From Parcubacteria group bacterium (lineage in GTDB: Bacteria > Patescibacteriota > Minisyncoccia > Phycocordibacterales > Phycocordibacteraceae), in NCBI GenBank assembly GCA_028286825.1, contig JAQBQV010000002.1:2157-66156 (forward strand): a stretch of DNA of 64,000 nucleotides, read 5' to 3'. The position numbers were made by a program, and so were the translations under genes. Every line of letters begins with the position of its first letter. Position 1 is the stretch's first letter. Positions 33,801-43,287 of this stretch are shown here, piece after piece. The notes beneath the pieces are model-generated. The model ran no database searches, was not told the origin of the DNA, and saw only the letters and a list, made by a program, of their open reading frames with translations.

Positions 33801-35339
33801 ATGCCACCGACCGCTATCTCAGCTGAGGAACACAAGGGGATTATGGTGATTATGGGCGCCTTAATGCTCACCCTTCTCTTAGCTGCTCTCGACCAGACCA
33901 TTGTCTCAACAGCGCTCCCGCGGATCGCGAGCGACTTTAACGCGCTCAATGAGCTCTCATGGGTTGTCACATCCTATCTGCTGGCAAGCGCAGTAACGAC
34001 TCCCATCTACGGCAAATTAAGCGATCTCTACGGGCGTAAAAAGATGCTCTCCGTCGCGATCATTCTCTTTCTTATCGGTTCTGTTCTTGCGGGGGCTTCT
34101 CAAAGCATTCTGCAGCTGATCATATTTCGCGGCGTGCAAGGTCTCGGTGCCGGAGGGCTTATCACACTCGTGATCGCAGCGATCGGCGACGTGGTTGCGC
34201 CGCGGCATCGCGGTAAGTACCAGGGCTACTTCGGTGCGGTGTTTGGTATCGCGAGCGTGATTGGACCCCTCTTGGGCGGTCTCTTTACCGACACGCTTTC
34301 GTGGCGCTGGATTTTCTACATCAATATCCCGCTCGGGCTTCTCGCACTCGGGGCGATCTATTTTCGCCTTCCGGCGCATAAGTATCACCGTGAACACTCG
34401 ATCGATTACTTTGGTACAGGACTCCTCTCGACCAGTATTGTTTCGCTTCTCCTTGTGGCCGTCTGGGGCGGTTCCACCTACGCCTGGGATTCGGTAATGA
34501 TTTTCTTTCTTGGTGGGCTCTGTGTAGTGACAGGCGCACTCTTTGTCTGGTGGGAAGGAAAGTCTAAGGAGCCGCTTATCCCGCTTACTCTTTTTAAGAA
34601 CTCCGTCTTCCTCGTGTCGTCCTTGCTCGCACTTATTTCTGGTATGGCCATGTTTGCGGCAATTATCTACCTGCCTGAATACCAGCAAGTGGTGCGCGGA
34701 TATTCAGCGACAAAGTCAGGGCTACTCATGCTCCCCTTAGTGCTCGGGCTGATGCTTGCCTCGGTTAGCTCGGGGCGCATCATCTCGCGCACCGGCAAAT
34801 ACCGTGTATTTCCGATTATAGGAACCGTCCTCACTGCGTATGGTATTTGGCTCCTGAGCCATGTCGGTATAGATACCAGTCAGTGGATTATTTCTATCTG
34901 GATGTTTATCACGGGCGCGGGTATCGGCTTCTCGATCCAGGTAACCACGCTCGCGGTACAAAACGCGGTTCACCCCAGAGACATCGGAACAGCTACGTCG
35001 ACCGTCACCTTTGCGCGTAGTATCGGCAGTACGATCGGCACGGCGCTTCTTGGCGCGCTTCTGATCTCACGCTTCGGTACGCACTTACAGGAAGCACTAC
35101 CAGGTGGCGTCTCGGGCTTCGCGGCAAACAAAGGCCTCAGCCTGGCGCAGATCAGCGCTCTCCCGCCGTCGATCGCTCTCCCGGTGCTTGAGGCGTTCGC
35201 CGCTTCTTTTAGAGATGTCTTCTTCTGGTCGCTTCCATTTGTCGCGGCAGCGTTTGTGGTCGCACTCTTCCTTAAGGAAATGCCGCTTCGTTCCCATTCG
35301 CAGGAGTACGCCGAGGGAGAGGGTTTCAGTCTTGAATAG
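33801..35339 (+). CDS. MFS transporter, DHA2 (EmrB/QacA-like, 14-TM) family
   Basis: 512 aa and multi-pass. Contains LPRIASDF and [11 protein letters not shown] (MFS motif A). Confidence 0.9.
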   Translation: MPPTAISAEEHKGIMVIMGALMLTLLLAALDQTIVSTALPRIASDFNALNELSWVVTSYLLASAVTTPIYGKLSDLYGRKKMLSVAIILFLIGSVLAGASQSILQLIIFRGVQGLGAGGLITLVIAAIGDVVAPRHRGKYQGYFGAVFGIASVIGPLLGGLFTDTLSWRWIFYINIPLGLLALGAIYFRLPAHKYHREHSIDYFGTGLLSTSIVSLLLVAVWGGSTYAWDSVMIFFLGGLCVVTGALFVWWEGKSKEPLIPLTLFKNSVFLVSSLLALISGMAMFAAIIYLPEYQQVVRGYSATKSGLLMLPLVLGLMLASVSSGRIISRTGKYRVFPIIGTVLTAYGIWLLSHVGIDTSQWIISIWMFITGAGIGFSIQVTTLAVQNAVHPRDIGTATSTVTFARSIGSTIGTALLGALLISRFGTHLQEALPGGVSGFAANKGLSLAQISALPPSIALPVLEAFAASFRDVFFWSLPFVAAAFVVALFLKEMPLRSHSQEYAEGEGFSLE

Positions 35340-35385
35340 ATCCTTCATCAGACGTTCGTTCTCGCGTATCGTATACTACTAGTCT

Positions 35386-35877
35386 ATGCAAAAAATTACC
35401 CCGTTCATGTGGTTCGATAAAAGCGCCGAAGAAGCGATCAATTTTTATACCTCGCTTTTTCCGGATTCAAAGATTGTAAGTATTGCGCGCTATCCTGATG
35501 GTCCGCTCGAAGGTCCCATGAAAGGTATGGAAGGGAAGGTGCTTACCGCCGTCTTTGAGCTCTTTGGACAGCGGTTTATGGCGATTGATGGGGGTCCGGC
35601 GCTTCAGCCAAGCGGCGCAGTATCTTTTTATGTCGACTGTAAAGATCAGGAAGAAGTCGATACGTATTGGAATGCGCTTGCAGAAGGAGCCGATCCGGAA
35701 AGTCAGCAATGCGGCTGGATTAAAGACAAGTACGGTTTCTCGTGGCAAATTATTCCAAAGCAGCTTCCAGAACTGTTAACGGATTCAGACAAAGAAAAGG
35801 CTGGTCGCGTGATGGCTGCTATGATGCAGATGAAAAAGATCGACGTCGCTAAGCTCGAGGAGGCCTATAACGCATAA
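35386..35877 (+). CDS. VOC family protein (PhnB-like)
   Basis: Contains FYTSLFPDS ... EVDTYWNAL ... QQCGWIKDKYGFSWQI. TATACT 35372-35377 lies 8 nt upstream of the ATG. Confidence 0.8.
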   Translation: MQKITPFMWFDKSAEEAINFYTSLFPDSKIVSIARYPDGPLEGPMKGMEGKVLTAVFELFGQRFMAIDGGPALQPSGAVSFYVDCKDQEEVDTYWNALAEGADPESQQCGWIKDKYGFSWQIIPKQLPELLTDSDKEKAGRVMAAMMQMKKIDVAKLEEAYNA

Positions 35878-35895
35878 GACAGGTATACTGAGGAG

Positions 35896-36531
35896 ATGAT
35901 GCGGGCAATCCTTTATGCGGCCGCAGCGCTTGCTGCCTTCATTATTCTGACCAACCTGCTTGTAGATGTGGGTACTCGCAGGTACATCTATACGACTGTG
36001 GCAGATGCGCCCATCGCGCAGGTTGTGTTGATCCCAGGTGCTCCTTTGACTGCAAGCGGAGAGCTTACTCCCGTGTTTGTTGATCGGGTGAATACGGCGA
36101 TCGCGCTGTATGAGAGCAAAAAAGTAAGAAAGATTCTCGTCTCGGGCGACAACGGTACCGTTGATCACAATGAAGTGAATGCAGTCCTTGTATATCTCTT
36201 GGGGAAGGGGGTGCCCGGCGAAGACATCTTTCTTGATCATGCCGGTTTCGACACCTACAGCAGCATGTACCGCGCCAAGTACATCTTCGGTGTCTCGTCG
36301 CTCATCGTCGCGTCGCAGACTTTCCACTTGCCGCGCGCCGTGTTTATTGGGCGTGAACTCGATCTTGTCACCTACGGAGTGAGTGCAGACGAAGGTTCGG
36401 TACTCATGCGCAATTATGTGCGCGAAGTTTTTGCAAACGAGAAGGCAGTGTTTGATTTGGTCGTGCATACGCAGCCGAAATATTTGGGAGAGACGATCCC
36501 GATAACGGGCGACGGGCGCAATTACCCATAA
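35896..36531 (+). CDS. SanA/YdcF (DUF218) family protein
   Basis: N-terminal TM segment, then VLIPGA ... ILVSGDNG ... E pattern. Confidence 0.8.
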   Translation: MMRAILYAAAALAAFIILTNLLVDVGTRRYIYTTVADAPIAQVVLIPGAPLTASGELTPVFVDRVNTAIALYESKKVRKILVSGDNGTVDHNEVNAVLVYLLGKGVPGEDIFLDHAGFDTYSSMYRAKYIFGVSSLIVASQTFHLPRAVFIGRELDLVTYGVSADEGSVLMRNYVREVFANEKAVFDLVVHTQPKYLGETIPITGDGRNYP

Positions 36532-36648
36532 CTCATCTTGGGTTGAGTAGGGGAGCTATACTGCTAGTGTCGGGCTGTAAGCACCGATGTGAGTAATCGT
36601 CTCATGAGGTGGGAGACGAACGTTTTCATAGACTGAGAGGAGTACACA

Positions 36649-36816
36649 ATGAATCAAGCCGAGGAGAGCAGTACCGGTAATGTGCAAAAGTCGCCAGACG
36701 AATCGACCAAAAAAGAGGCAAACTCGTCCTCGCCTGAGGCGCGTGAGTCGTGGGAGCAGTATCGGATGAGTGTCGAACAGGAGCGGGCACGGCTCTATTC
36801 AAGCCAGCTCAGCTGA
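36649..36816 (+). CDS. 55-aa acidic hypothetical protein (candidate)
   Basis: Below the track cutoff. GAGAGGAG lies 6-7 nt upstream of the ATG, and the hairpin/T-run terminator at 36837-36863 follows. Confidence 0.4.
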   Translation: MNQAEESSTGNVQKSPDESTKKEANSSSPEARESWEQYRMSVEQERARLYSSQLS

Positions 36817-36836
36817 TCGCAATCAGTAACACCACC

Positions 36837-36863
36837 AAAAGGCGGCCCCGAGCCGCCTTTTTA
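36837..36863 (+). terminator. rho-independent terminator
   Basis: Sequence is GGCGGC cccga GCCGCC TTTTT. Confidence 0.75.
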
Positions 36864-36872
36864 TTAGGTTTA

Positions 36873-36899
36873 TTGACATTTGTTTAACCCTGATATAAT
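36873..36899 (+). promoter_or_regulatory. canonical sigma-70-type promoter
   Basis: TTGACA (36873-36878), a 15-nt spacer ending in TG, then TATAAT (36894-36899). It lies about 90 nt upstream of the SD-led ORF 36993..37295. Confidence 0.6.
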
Positions 36900-36992
36900 A
36901 TCTATTTATCGACCCAAGTGGCCGATTTTGTTTTTCTAAAGGCACGTTGTCTTTAGGAGCGTCAATCCGAACCTTCAAGAGGAGATACACCA

Positions 36993-37295
36993 ATGGCTTC
37001 AAAAACGAATCAGCCTGTGCCGCTTAAGACCGCGGTTGTACTGGTCATTCACGGTGACATGCGGAAAGTACCGATCCCGGAGGGAATGAAGCCGGTGCCG
37101 GGTTTCGGCCTCGATGGTGTTACGCCGGTGCAGCCCCTCTATATGGGCACGAGTCCGGGCTATATCGACCAGGTTTTCATCGGTGACACTCACTTCAATC
37201 CTATCCTGGCCGATGCCGATAAGTTGTTCGTCGCAGCGCAGGAAGCGGCGCGCCTGAAAGGTTTTCACCTGATGGCGACCCGCATGCGAAACTGA
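36993..37295 (+). CDS. hypothetical protein
   Basis: A canonical promoter lies at 36873-36899. AAGAGGAG lies 8 nt upstream of the ATG, and the terminator is at 37338-37375. Confidence 0.55.
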   Translation: MASKTNQPVPLKTAVVLVIHGDMRKVPIPEGMKPVPGFGLDGVTPVQPLYMGTSPGYIDQVFIGDTHFNPILADADKLFVAAQEAARLKGFHLMATRMRN

Positions 37296-37337
37296 GCTTT
37301 CGCAAGGCAGCTACGACAAGGATCGCACTGAGCACTG

Positions 37338-37375
37338 CAGGCAGAACCCTCCGGGGCTCTGCCTGTATTCTTTTG
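37338..37375 (+). terminator. rho-independent terminator
   Basis: Sequence is CAGGCAGAACCC tccg GGGCTCTGCCTG tattcTTTT. Confidence 0.7.
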
Positions 37376-37390
37376 GTATACTTTTCTCAT

Positions 37391-38437
37391 ATGGCACAAT
37401 CTGACAAAATCCGTCCTTATTTTCTTATTTTACTTCTCGTTGGAGCAATCGCCCTCACGACCGCTGTCTTCTGGCCGTTTCTTAAGCCGCTCGCTCTAGC
37501 GGCGGTCTTTGCGGTTGTGCTGCAAGGTCTTTACAAGAGAATCTCTAAGCGCCTCGGTGGTTGGCCAAGCACATCAGCGCTTCTTACCGTCCTGATAAGT
37601 GTCTTTGTCATACTTCTTCCTCTGTCGCTCATCGGTGTACTGGTTGGGAATGAGGCGCACAATGTGTACACATCGCTTGATGGGGGAGGAGGGCAGACCT
37701 CGATTGCGCAGCTATTTGTGCGAGTCGACGAGTCGTTTGGCGGTACGATCCCAGGACTCGGTGAGTTCGCGCGCAACGCCTCGGTTGACGTTGACGCATA
37801 CACGAAACAGGGACTCCAGTGGGTGACCGGGAACGCGGGCGCTATCTTCTCAAGCATTTCGCACCTTTTCTTGGCTCTCTTCATCTTCTTTATCGCGCTC
37901 TATTATCTCCTTCGCGATGGCAAGCATGTCCGGAAAATGGTGATCGAGCTCTCTCCGCTCGACGATAGCGAAGATGCCGGCGTCTTCGATCGTCTCGAGC
38001 TCGCTATCAACTCAGTTATTAAAGGCAACTTAGTGATTGCGCTCGTCCAGGGAGTGCTCACTACGATCGGCTTCCTGACCTTCGGCGTGCCAAACGCAAT
38101 TCTTTGGGGGACGGTAGCGGCTATCGCGGCACTCATCCCAGGAATTGGCACCGCGCTCGTGATTGCCCCTGCCGTCGCCTTTCTCTTTATTGTGGGTTCG
38201 ACGCCGCAGGCGATCGGTCTCCTCATCTGGGGAATGCTCGCGGTTGGGCTTATCGATAACGTGCTTGGTCCAAAGCTCGTCGGGAAGGGGATGAACCTCC
38301 ATCCGCTTCTTGTGCTCTTATCGGTCTTAGGCGGGCTCATTCTCTTTGGCCCGGCCGGTATTTTCCTCGGCCCTTTATCGGTCAGCCTACTCTTCGCACT
38401 TTTATCAATTTATGTCGATGTCTCGCGCCGCGCCTAA
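37391..38437 (+). CDS. AI-2E family transporter (PerM/UPF0118)
   Basis: Multi-pass protein with the ...IPGIGTALV... and GP.LVG regions. TATACT 37377-37382 lies 8 nt upstream of ATG 37391. Confidence 0.85.
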   Translation: MAQSDKIRPYFLILLLVGAIALTTAVFWPFLKPLALAAVFAVVLQGLYKRISKRLGGWPSTSALLTVLISVFVILLPLSLIGVLVGNEAHNVYTSLDGGGGQTSIAQLFVRVDESFGGTIPGLGEFARNASVDVDAYTKQGLQWVTGNAGAIFSSISHLFLALFIFFIALYYLLRDGKHVRKMVIELSPLDDSEDAGVFDRLELAINSVIKGNLVIALVQGVLTTIGFLTFGVPNAILWGTVAAIAALIPGIGTALVIAPAVAFLFIVGSTPQAIGLLIWGMLAVGLIDNVLGPKLVGKGMNLHPLLVLLSVLGGLILFGPAGIFLGPLSVSLLFALLSIYVDVSRRA

Positions 38438-38489
38438 TAGCGATCCCTTTTATTCAAAAGCATACATACGCAGGGAGTATATAAATAAT

Positions 38490-38524
38490 CAGGGCCGTCC
38501 ATCGCTTAGCGATGGACGGCCCTG
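38490..38524. terminator. 16-bp perfect hairpin between convergent genes
   Basis: CAGGGCCGTCCATCGC tta GCGATGGACGGCCCTG. The T-tract is weak. Confidence 0.6.
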
Positions 38525-38536
38525 TCGTTCGCAGTC

Positions 38537-38953
38537 TCATTTCTGCGCTTCCGGTGGAAGGCATGCTGCACTGGTGCGATAGTCCCGTCGATTGAGTGCG
38601 ATTCGTACCACCATCTTTTTTTCATCGAGCGGAATCAAGAACACGGGCTGCAAGAACGTGTCGTCGACAGTGACCTCCACATCATCGAAGAGTGGATATG
38701 CCGGAATGGCAAGCGGCTTTCTCGCCAGAGCGTCGGTGACACTGAAGTGGATTACCTTGCCCTCTTCTTTTTCTGCGAAGGCGAAGTATCGTCCACAGAC
38801 TTTCCAGCCCGTGTCGTCAAGCGCCGTCATGAGTCGCTTCTGTATCGGTACCACAGAGAACGTCAGGTCTGCTGCTTTCACGGCTGAATCCGGCAGCGCC
38901 ATGGCGATGCCTAACAAGAGTGCCGTAACCGTACTTTTGATGCTGTGTCCCAT
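38537..38953 (-). CDS. secreted hypothetical protein (paralog of 39140..39550)
   Basis: Signal peptide MGHSIKSTVTALLLGIAMALP. Shares W.[VM]CG.[YF]FAFA....GKVI.FS with its neighbour. Start uncertain. Confidence 0.5.
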   Translation of the reverse strand: MGHSIKSTVTALLLGIAMALPDSAVKAADLTFSVVPIQKRLMTALDDTGWKVCGRYFAFAEKEEGKVIHFSVTDALARKPLAIPAYPLFDDVEVTVDDTFLQPVFLIPLDEKKMVVRIALNRRDYRTSAACLPPEAQK

Positions 38954-39139
38954 ACATACTCCCAGAGTTGGTGAATGAGGGTCCTCCTTACTAAACTCTA
39001 CCTGAAAGGAGCGATTTGTCAAACAGTATGGGAAGTTAATTTGTTTGGCGACAAAGAGAAATGCCGACAACGAACGGGTTGTCGGCATGTTCTTTTCCGC
39101 TTGTGAATCGAGAGCTGCTGGTGGGGCCGCTGCGTAGTG

Positions 39140-39550
39140 TTACCCGGCCACCTTTGCTGAGGAGCATGACCTAATCGTGAGATGGTCAACGATATTGGTT
39201 ACAAACCCGGTCACGTTGTTCTTGCTATCGAGTATGACCGAAGGCGACAAGAGATCCATATCCGCCCAGAGCCGAAGTGGAGCGAAGGACGCTGTCCGAT
39301 AGGCTGTGCGGACTCCTTCTCCGAAATATCTGTCATAGGAGAAGTAGATTACTTTACCGCTTGGTGAATCAGCAAAGGCAAAAAAGGTGCCGCACATCCG
39401 CCAATCCAGTTTCAGTGAAGACATCGATTGGTAGTCATCGCTCAATTCGATGAGTCGGATCTCAAGGTCCTTTGGCTCCACTGCAAGAGCATGAGTCGCT
39501 AGGGTCGCTGAAAAGAGCAGGGCAGTAACTTTGTGCAGCATGAGTCGCAT
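39140..39550 (-). CDS. secreted hypothetical protein (paralog of 38537..38953)
   Basis: Signal peptide MRLMLHKVTALLFSATLATHALA. AAAGGA lies 6 nt upstream of the chosen ATG. Confidence 0.55.
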   Translation of the reverse strand: MRLMLHKVTALLFSATLATHALAVEPKDLEIRLIELSDDYQSMSSLKLDWRMCGTFFAFADSPSGKVIYFSYDRYFGEGVRTAYRTASFAPLRLWADMDLLSPSVILDSKNNVTGFVTNIVDHLTIRSCSSAKVAG

Positions 39551-39678
39551 GTGCATTCCTTTCAAACGGTTGATCGGGAGTCCTGTCTGAACATTAGCTC
39601 TACGGTAGGAGGAATGAAAGCTTGTTTTCAAACGCGACTGGGGGTAGTGTTTCGGTAGGTTCAGAACAGGAGATCGCT

Positions 39679-39933
39679 ATGCGCACGAAGTATTGTGAGT
39701 GCGGACGTCATATTCGGATCCGCATCCAAAATCGGTGGGTTAGTCCTCGAGGGGACCACCCGCACTGTCGCAAGTGTTACCGATCGCACCGCGATTCGGT
39801 ACGTCAGCACCCACCAGCCCGCGAAGAGCCCCCAGCTCCTCGCGGGCTCTTCTTTTTCATAAAAAAGCCGCCCAGCCAAGGTGGCGGGCGGCGTCTCAAG
39901 ATAGGTGCGATCAGGAAGGAAGGTATCGGTTGA
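39679..39933 (+). CDS. possible small Cys-rich (zinc-ribbon-like) protein
   Basis: AGGAG lies 6 nt upstream of ATG 39679, and the CxC...CxxC pattern is present. However, the frame runs through two terminator hairpins before its stop, so its extent and reality are doubtful. Confidence 0.25.
   Translation: MRTKYCECGRHIRIRIQNRWVSPRGDHPHCRKCYRSHRDSVRQHPPAREEPPAPRGLFFFIKKPPSQGGGRRLKIGAIRKEGIG
39823..39857 (+). terminator. rho-independent terminator-like hairpin
   Basis: Sequence is GAAGAGCCC N12 GGGCTCTTC TTTTT. Confidence 0.55.
39861..39892 (-). terminator. rho-independent terminator of 39911..40486
   Basis: On the minus strand: GCCGCCC ... GGGCGGC followed by TTTTTT. Confidence 0.65.
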
Positions 39934-40486
39934 TGGAGTAGTTAAGTCCGAGGGAATTGGGGCGGACTTCGTAGCCGCCCTCGTCTCCGTAGCCGGCGAA
40001 GAGGATCGGAGTGTTCGCGGGTACGTTGCCGCAGACCCAGAGCCCGTGTTTGCGAGAGAGCGCCTCAAGCTCGTCTGCAAACGCTTTCACCTTTGCGACG
40101 GCGCTGTCAATCCAGGGCAAGTCGGGCCACAGCACTTCAGCCAGCCGCCGCGCTTTTTTGATTGAACGCTCATCGATAGGTCGCGTGGCGTACAGCTCGT
40201 GTGTCGTAACATCGCGGATGTCGTAGGGGTGCAAAAGGAAGTGCCGGGCGAACGCATCCTTTGAAAGAGGGCCCCGCGCGTCGTAAATGAGACCGTCGGG
40301 TGCCCAGACACCTGCGTGCCAGACCACGTCTCCTTTCATCAGACCCACGAGCGGCCAATCGAGCCCGTCATTTAGTGCGATCGCGAAAGCGTAGCACTCT
40401 CCTTCGAGAAAGCCGCTGCAATAGAGGTCATGCAGCATCTTCTTGTCCTGGGGGTTTTCGTCAAGTGTGTGAATGAGCGTCGGCAT
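39911..40486 (-). CDS. hypothetical protein with Cys...His...Asp pattern (papain/transglutaminase-like fold suspected)
   Basis: AGGAGA lies 5 nt upstream of the ATG. Contains GECYAFAIAL ... VWHAGVWAPDGLIYDARG, and 47478..48125 shows a similar pattern. Confidence 0.6.
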   Translation of the reverse strand: MPTLIHTLDENPQDKKMLHDLYCSGFLEGECYAFAIALNDGLDWPLVGLMKGDVVWHAGVWAPDGLIYDARGPLSKDAFARHFLLHPYDIRDVTTHELYATRPIDERSIKKARRLAEVLWPDLPWIDSAVAKVKAFADELEALSRKHGLWVCGNVPANTPILFAGYGDEGGYEVRPNSLGLNYSINRYLPS

Positions 40487-40607
40487 TCGTTTCTCCTAGG
40501 TGAGCGAGGCGGCTGACAGCCGCTTTCCAGATAGAGGAATACCACGAAATATACCTTGCGTCCACGAGCGTAACCTTAGGGCGAATGGCGCGGGTTACAA
40601 TAAACAC

Positions 40608-40919
40608 ATGAGCACCAATCCATTTGTGAATGCGCTTCTTGCGGCGGGCTATATTAGCCTCCTTGTAACGCTTATCTTTAACTCGCCCTACTTTATTAGC
40701 GACAACGAACTCGGGATGATCGCGCCCGTCATCATGCTCTCCCTCCTCGTTCTCTCCGTATCTCTCATGGGCTACCTCTTCTTCTATCAGCCAGTTATCC
40801 TCCTTATCGAGCACAAGCCGAAGGAAGCGACCGCTCTCTTCTTCCGCACCGTCGTCTCATTTGCCGTCATTACCCTCTGTATCGCCCTCGCCTGGTTCCT
40901 CCTCGGGAAGCTTCTCTAA
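40608..40919 (+). CDS. small integral membrane protein
   Basis: 103 aa with three hydrophobic segments. TACAAT lies 6 nt upstream of ATG 40608. Confidence 0.55.
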   Translation: MSTNPFVNALLAAGYISLLVTLIFNSPYFISDNELGMIAPVIMLSLLVLSVSLMGYLFFYQPVILLIEHKPKEATALFFRTVVSFAVITLCIALAWFLLGKLL

Positions 40920-40941
40920 CCCTTTTGGATTCACTGGCGGA

Positions 40942-40968
40942 CAAACGGCTCAGACGGTCTGAGCCGTT
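40942..40968. repeat. 27-nt palindromic repeat, copy 1 (left border of AT-rich island)
   Basis: CAAACGGCTCAGACGGTCTGAGCCGTT has 13-nt arms that are perfectly complementary around a central G. It is 24/27 identical to 47358-47384. Confidence 0.8.
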
Positions 40969-41207
40969 TCCAAAAAATGCTCAAGTTTTTGTTAGCCTCG
41001 ACGAGGCTTTAGAAAAACATAGTCCCGAGGAGGTGAGACTTTCCCTCGGGGAAGATTTGTGGGATGCTTTGAGGTATGTTCGAATCTTCTCGTCTCCGCC
41101 CGAAGTCCAAGTTCGAACTTTAAATTTTGATGGTTATAGTTCGTAGCGTTAGGGAGCTTTTCGGGTCAATGGCGGAGCTAGTCCTATTTTGATAAAATGA
41201 AGCTCCA

Positions 41208-43247
41208 ATGAGTAAAAACAACCACCTTGAAGCCTCTCTGAAAGCAATGGGCATTGCTCCAGAAGGCGTGCCGAAAATGGTAGAAGATGCTGAAGGAATT
41301 GTAGCCGGCGTACAGGCTATTCTTTCTGGTGAGCACAGCATGTCTGGGAAGGGGTTGATTTACGGAAGAATCCAGAGCGGAAAGACCCGAGCAATGATCG
41401 CAAGCTCGGCACTTTTGTTTGATCAGGGTACAAAGATTATTGTAATCCTGACTAGTAACATGAACGAACTTGTCAGACAGACATACGAGCGTTTCGATGC
41501 TGGTCTTACGCAGGTTTCCGTTCTCGCCAAAGAAGACGATCTTCCTGGCGCAATCATCCGCAATAAAATTGCGTTAGCAAATACAGACACAGATGCAAAA
41601 CTGATGCTTGTAATGCCAAAAGGTGCACAAGCTCTTGAGAAAACAAAAGAGTTTCTTGAGCAGGTCGATGCGAAGGATTATCCTGTCGTTATTTATGATG
41701 ACGAAGCTGATCAGGCATCATTGGATACTACTCGTGCGAAGAAAGGAAAAGGAATCGTCGCTGATCCGAGTACAATTTATAAAAACATTGAGCTTATTCG
41801 AGGTGCTGCAGGCTCACATGTTTTTATCGCTGTAACAGGTACACCCAACGCAAACCTCCTTCAAACAGAAGATGAGAGACCAGATGAGTTCGTTTTTATT
41901 CTGAAACCTGGTGACGGATATGTTGGTGGAAAGGATTACTTTGAAGCAGAAGAAATCTCCGCCAATAATTTTATGGTTGAGATACCAGCTGACGATCAGA
42001 CGATACTCGCTCAAAAAGATATGGGAGCAGGAATCCCATCGAGTTTACAAAGAGCGGTCATATCTTTCGTATTCAGAGCTACTCTAGCTAACTATAAGAA
42101 AATCATTTGCGAAGAAGGTAAGGGTTATCAGTTTCTTTGCCACCCAAGTCACAAGGTGCTTCCTCAAGGAAACGCTACTGCCTACATAAACACTATTCTC
42201 GATCAGCTCGCTTATCACCTTTCAGGTCAGGACACAGAATGCAAAGCCATTGTAGAAGAAGAGCTCACATTGGTTGTGAAAGAGCATGGTTTGGACTCAG
42301 CTGAATGGATTCCTTTGTTGAAGAAAGAGGCTTTGTCTTTGCTTCAGAGTGCCAAGGTCGTTCAAGTAAACTCTACTACTGGTAGCAAGATCGTATATTC
42401 TTCTGGACTAAATATCCTGATCGGTGGCAATTCTCTCGGGAGAGGAGTGACTATTCCTAATCTCATCACGACTTACTACACTCGTGGTGGCGGCAAGGTC
42501 TCATATGCAGATACACTCCATCAACACGCTCGCATGTTTGGTTACCGCCAAGCACTTTTGCCTTATATAAAGATTTACATAACCGAAAATCTCTATTCAC
42601 GTTTCCGAAATGTTGTACTTCAAGACGAGCGGTTGCGAGATTTCATTGAGAAACGAACAGCCGGTAGTCCTATACCGATAGTAATACCTGCAAAAGGCAT
42701 CAAGCCTACTCGAAGTAGCGTGCTGCCTGACTGCCAGCTCATAGATTCGGGACAAAAGTATCCGAACCCTATCGACGTGAAAAAACTTTCCTCTGTTCAT
42801 GGCAAGGTATTCAAGACAGCGGCGAAGCTTCTAGGGACAGAGAACTCTGATGTTGATGCTGTGAAGGAAGCAAGTGCGTCTCAAAAAGATAAAGAGATAG
42901 ATGTTGCATCGTTGAAAGAAATTATTGGCTTAATGGAGCTTGAAGAGAACGGGTCGCTTTGGAATCCAGATTCGCTAGAGGCGATTGTAAAAGCTCTGTA
43001 TGGCGACAAGATCAAGATATATCTCAATGTTCGTACTTCAGATCGTAAGGTAGCAGAGGGGGTCGTTGGAGGTTCCAGCCGATCAGGTATTCTTTACGGT
43101 GAAGAACTAACTCGAGGACTTGCTCAAAAGCAGCCTACGCTCTGGCTCCATTCTGTCAGCAGTCCTGAAGAAGGTGGTGTACGATTTGTGTACCCAACGC
43201 TAATACTACCGACAACCAAAGACGTCGTGATTATCAACAACGTCTAG
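41208..43247 (+). CDS. Z1-domain P-loop ATPase (methylase-associated putative restriction component)
   Basis: Walker A is GRIQSGKT and Walker B/DEAD-like is VIYDDEADQAS, as in Z1-domain proteins. It lies directly upstream of a C5 methyltransferase. Confidence 0.8.
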   Translation: MSKNNHLEASLKAMGIAPEGVPKMVEDAEGIVAGVQAILSGEHSMSGKGLIYGRIQSGKTRAMIASSALLFDQGTKIIVILTSNMNELVRQTYERFDAGLTQVSVLAKEDDLPGAIIRNKIALANTDTDAKLMLVMPKGAQALEKTKEFLEQVDAKDYPVVIYDDEADQASLDTTRAKKGKGIVADPSTIYKNIELIRGAAGSHVFIAVTGTPNANLLQTEDERPDEFVFILKPGDGYVGGKDYFEAEEISANNFMVEIPADDQTILAQKDMGAGIPSSLQRAVISFVFRATLANYKKIICEEGKGYQFLCHPSHKVLPQGNATAYINTILDQLAYHLSGQDTECKAIVEEELTLVVKEHGLDSAEWIPLLKKEALSLLQSAKVVQVNSTTGSKIVYSSGLNILIGGNSLGRGVTIPNLITTYYTRGGGKVSYADTLHQHARMFGYRQALLPYIKIYITENLYSRFRNVVLQDERLRDFIEKRTAGSPIPIVIPAKGIKPTRSSVLPDCQLIDSGQKYPNPIDVKKLSSVHGKVFKTAAKLLGTENSDVDAVKEASASQKDKEIDVASLKEIIGLMELEENGSLWNPDSLEAIVKALYGDKIKIYLNVRTSDRKVAEGVVGGSSRSGILYGEELTRGLAQKQPTLWLHSVSSPEEGGVRFVYPTLILPTTKDVVIINNV

Positions 43248-43287
43248 CCTCCTCGAGTTTTTTCTTGATTCTTGTTAGAATAAGGGG

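Noticed and set aside
34017-34688. 223-aa minus-strand ORF, and similar long antisense ORFs at 35785..36468, 12594..12995, 13137..13559, 37903..38340, 54036..54572 and 16127..16522
   Set aside because: All lie entirely inside strongly supported genes on the opposite strand (MFS transporter, SanA, Y-family polymerase, AI-2E transporter, M14 peptidase, small secreted protein). They have low-complexity, Arg/Ser/Pro-rich translations typical of shadow ORFs.
41060-41130. Possible tRNA, because of the GTTCGAATC and GTTCGAAC strings
   Set aside because: The flanking bases cannot form T-stems, and no acceptor or anticodon arms are present.
40925-41146. 73-aa TTG-initiated ORF
   Set aside because: It begins inside the 27-nt palindrome region. 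It has no SD or -10 context and an unremarkable translation, so it is more likely the non-coding left border of the island.
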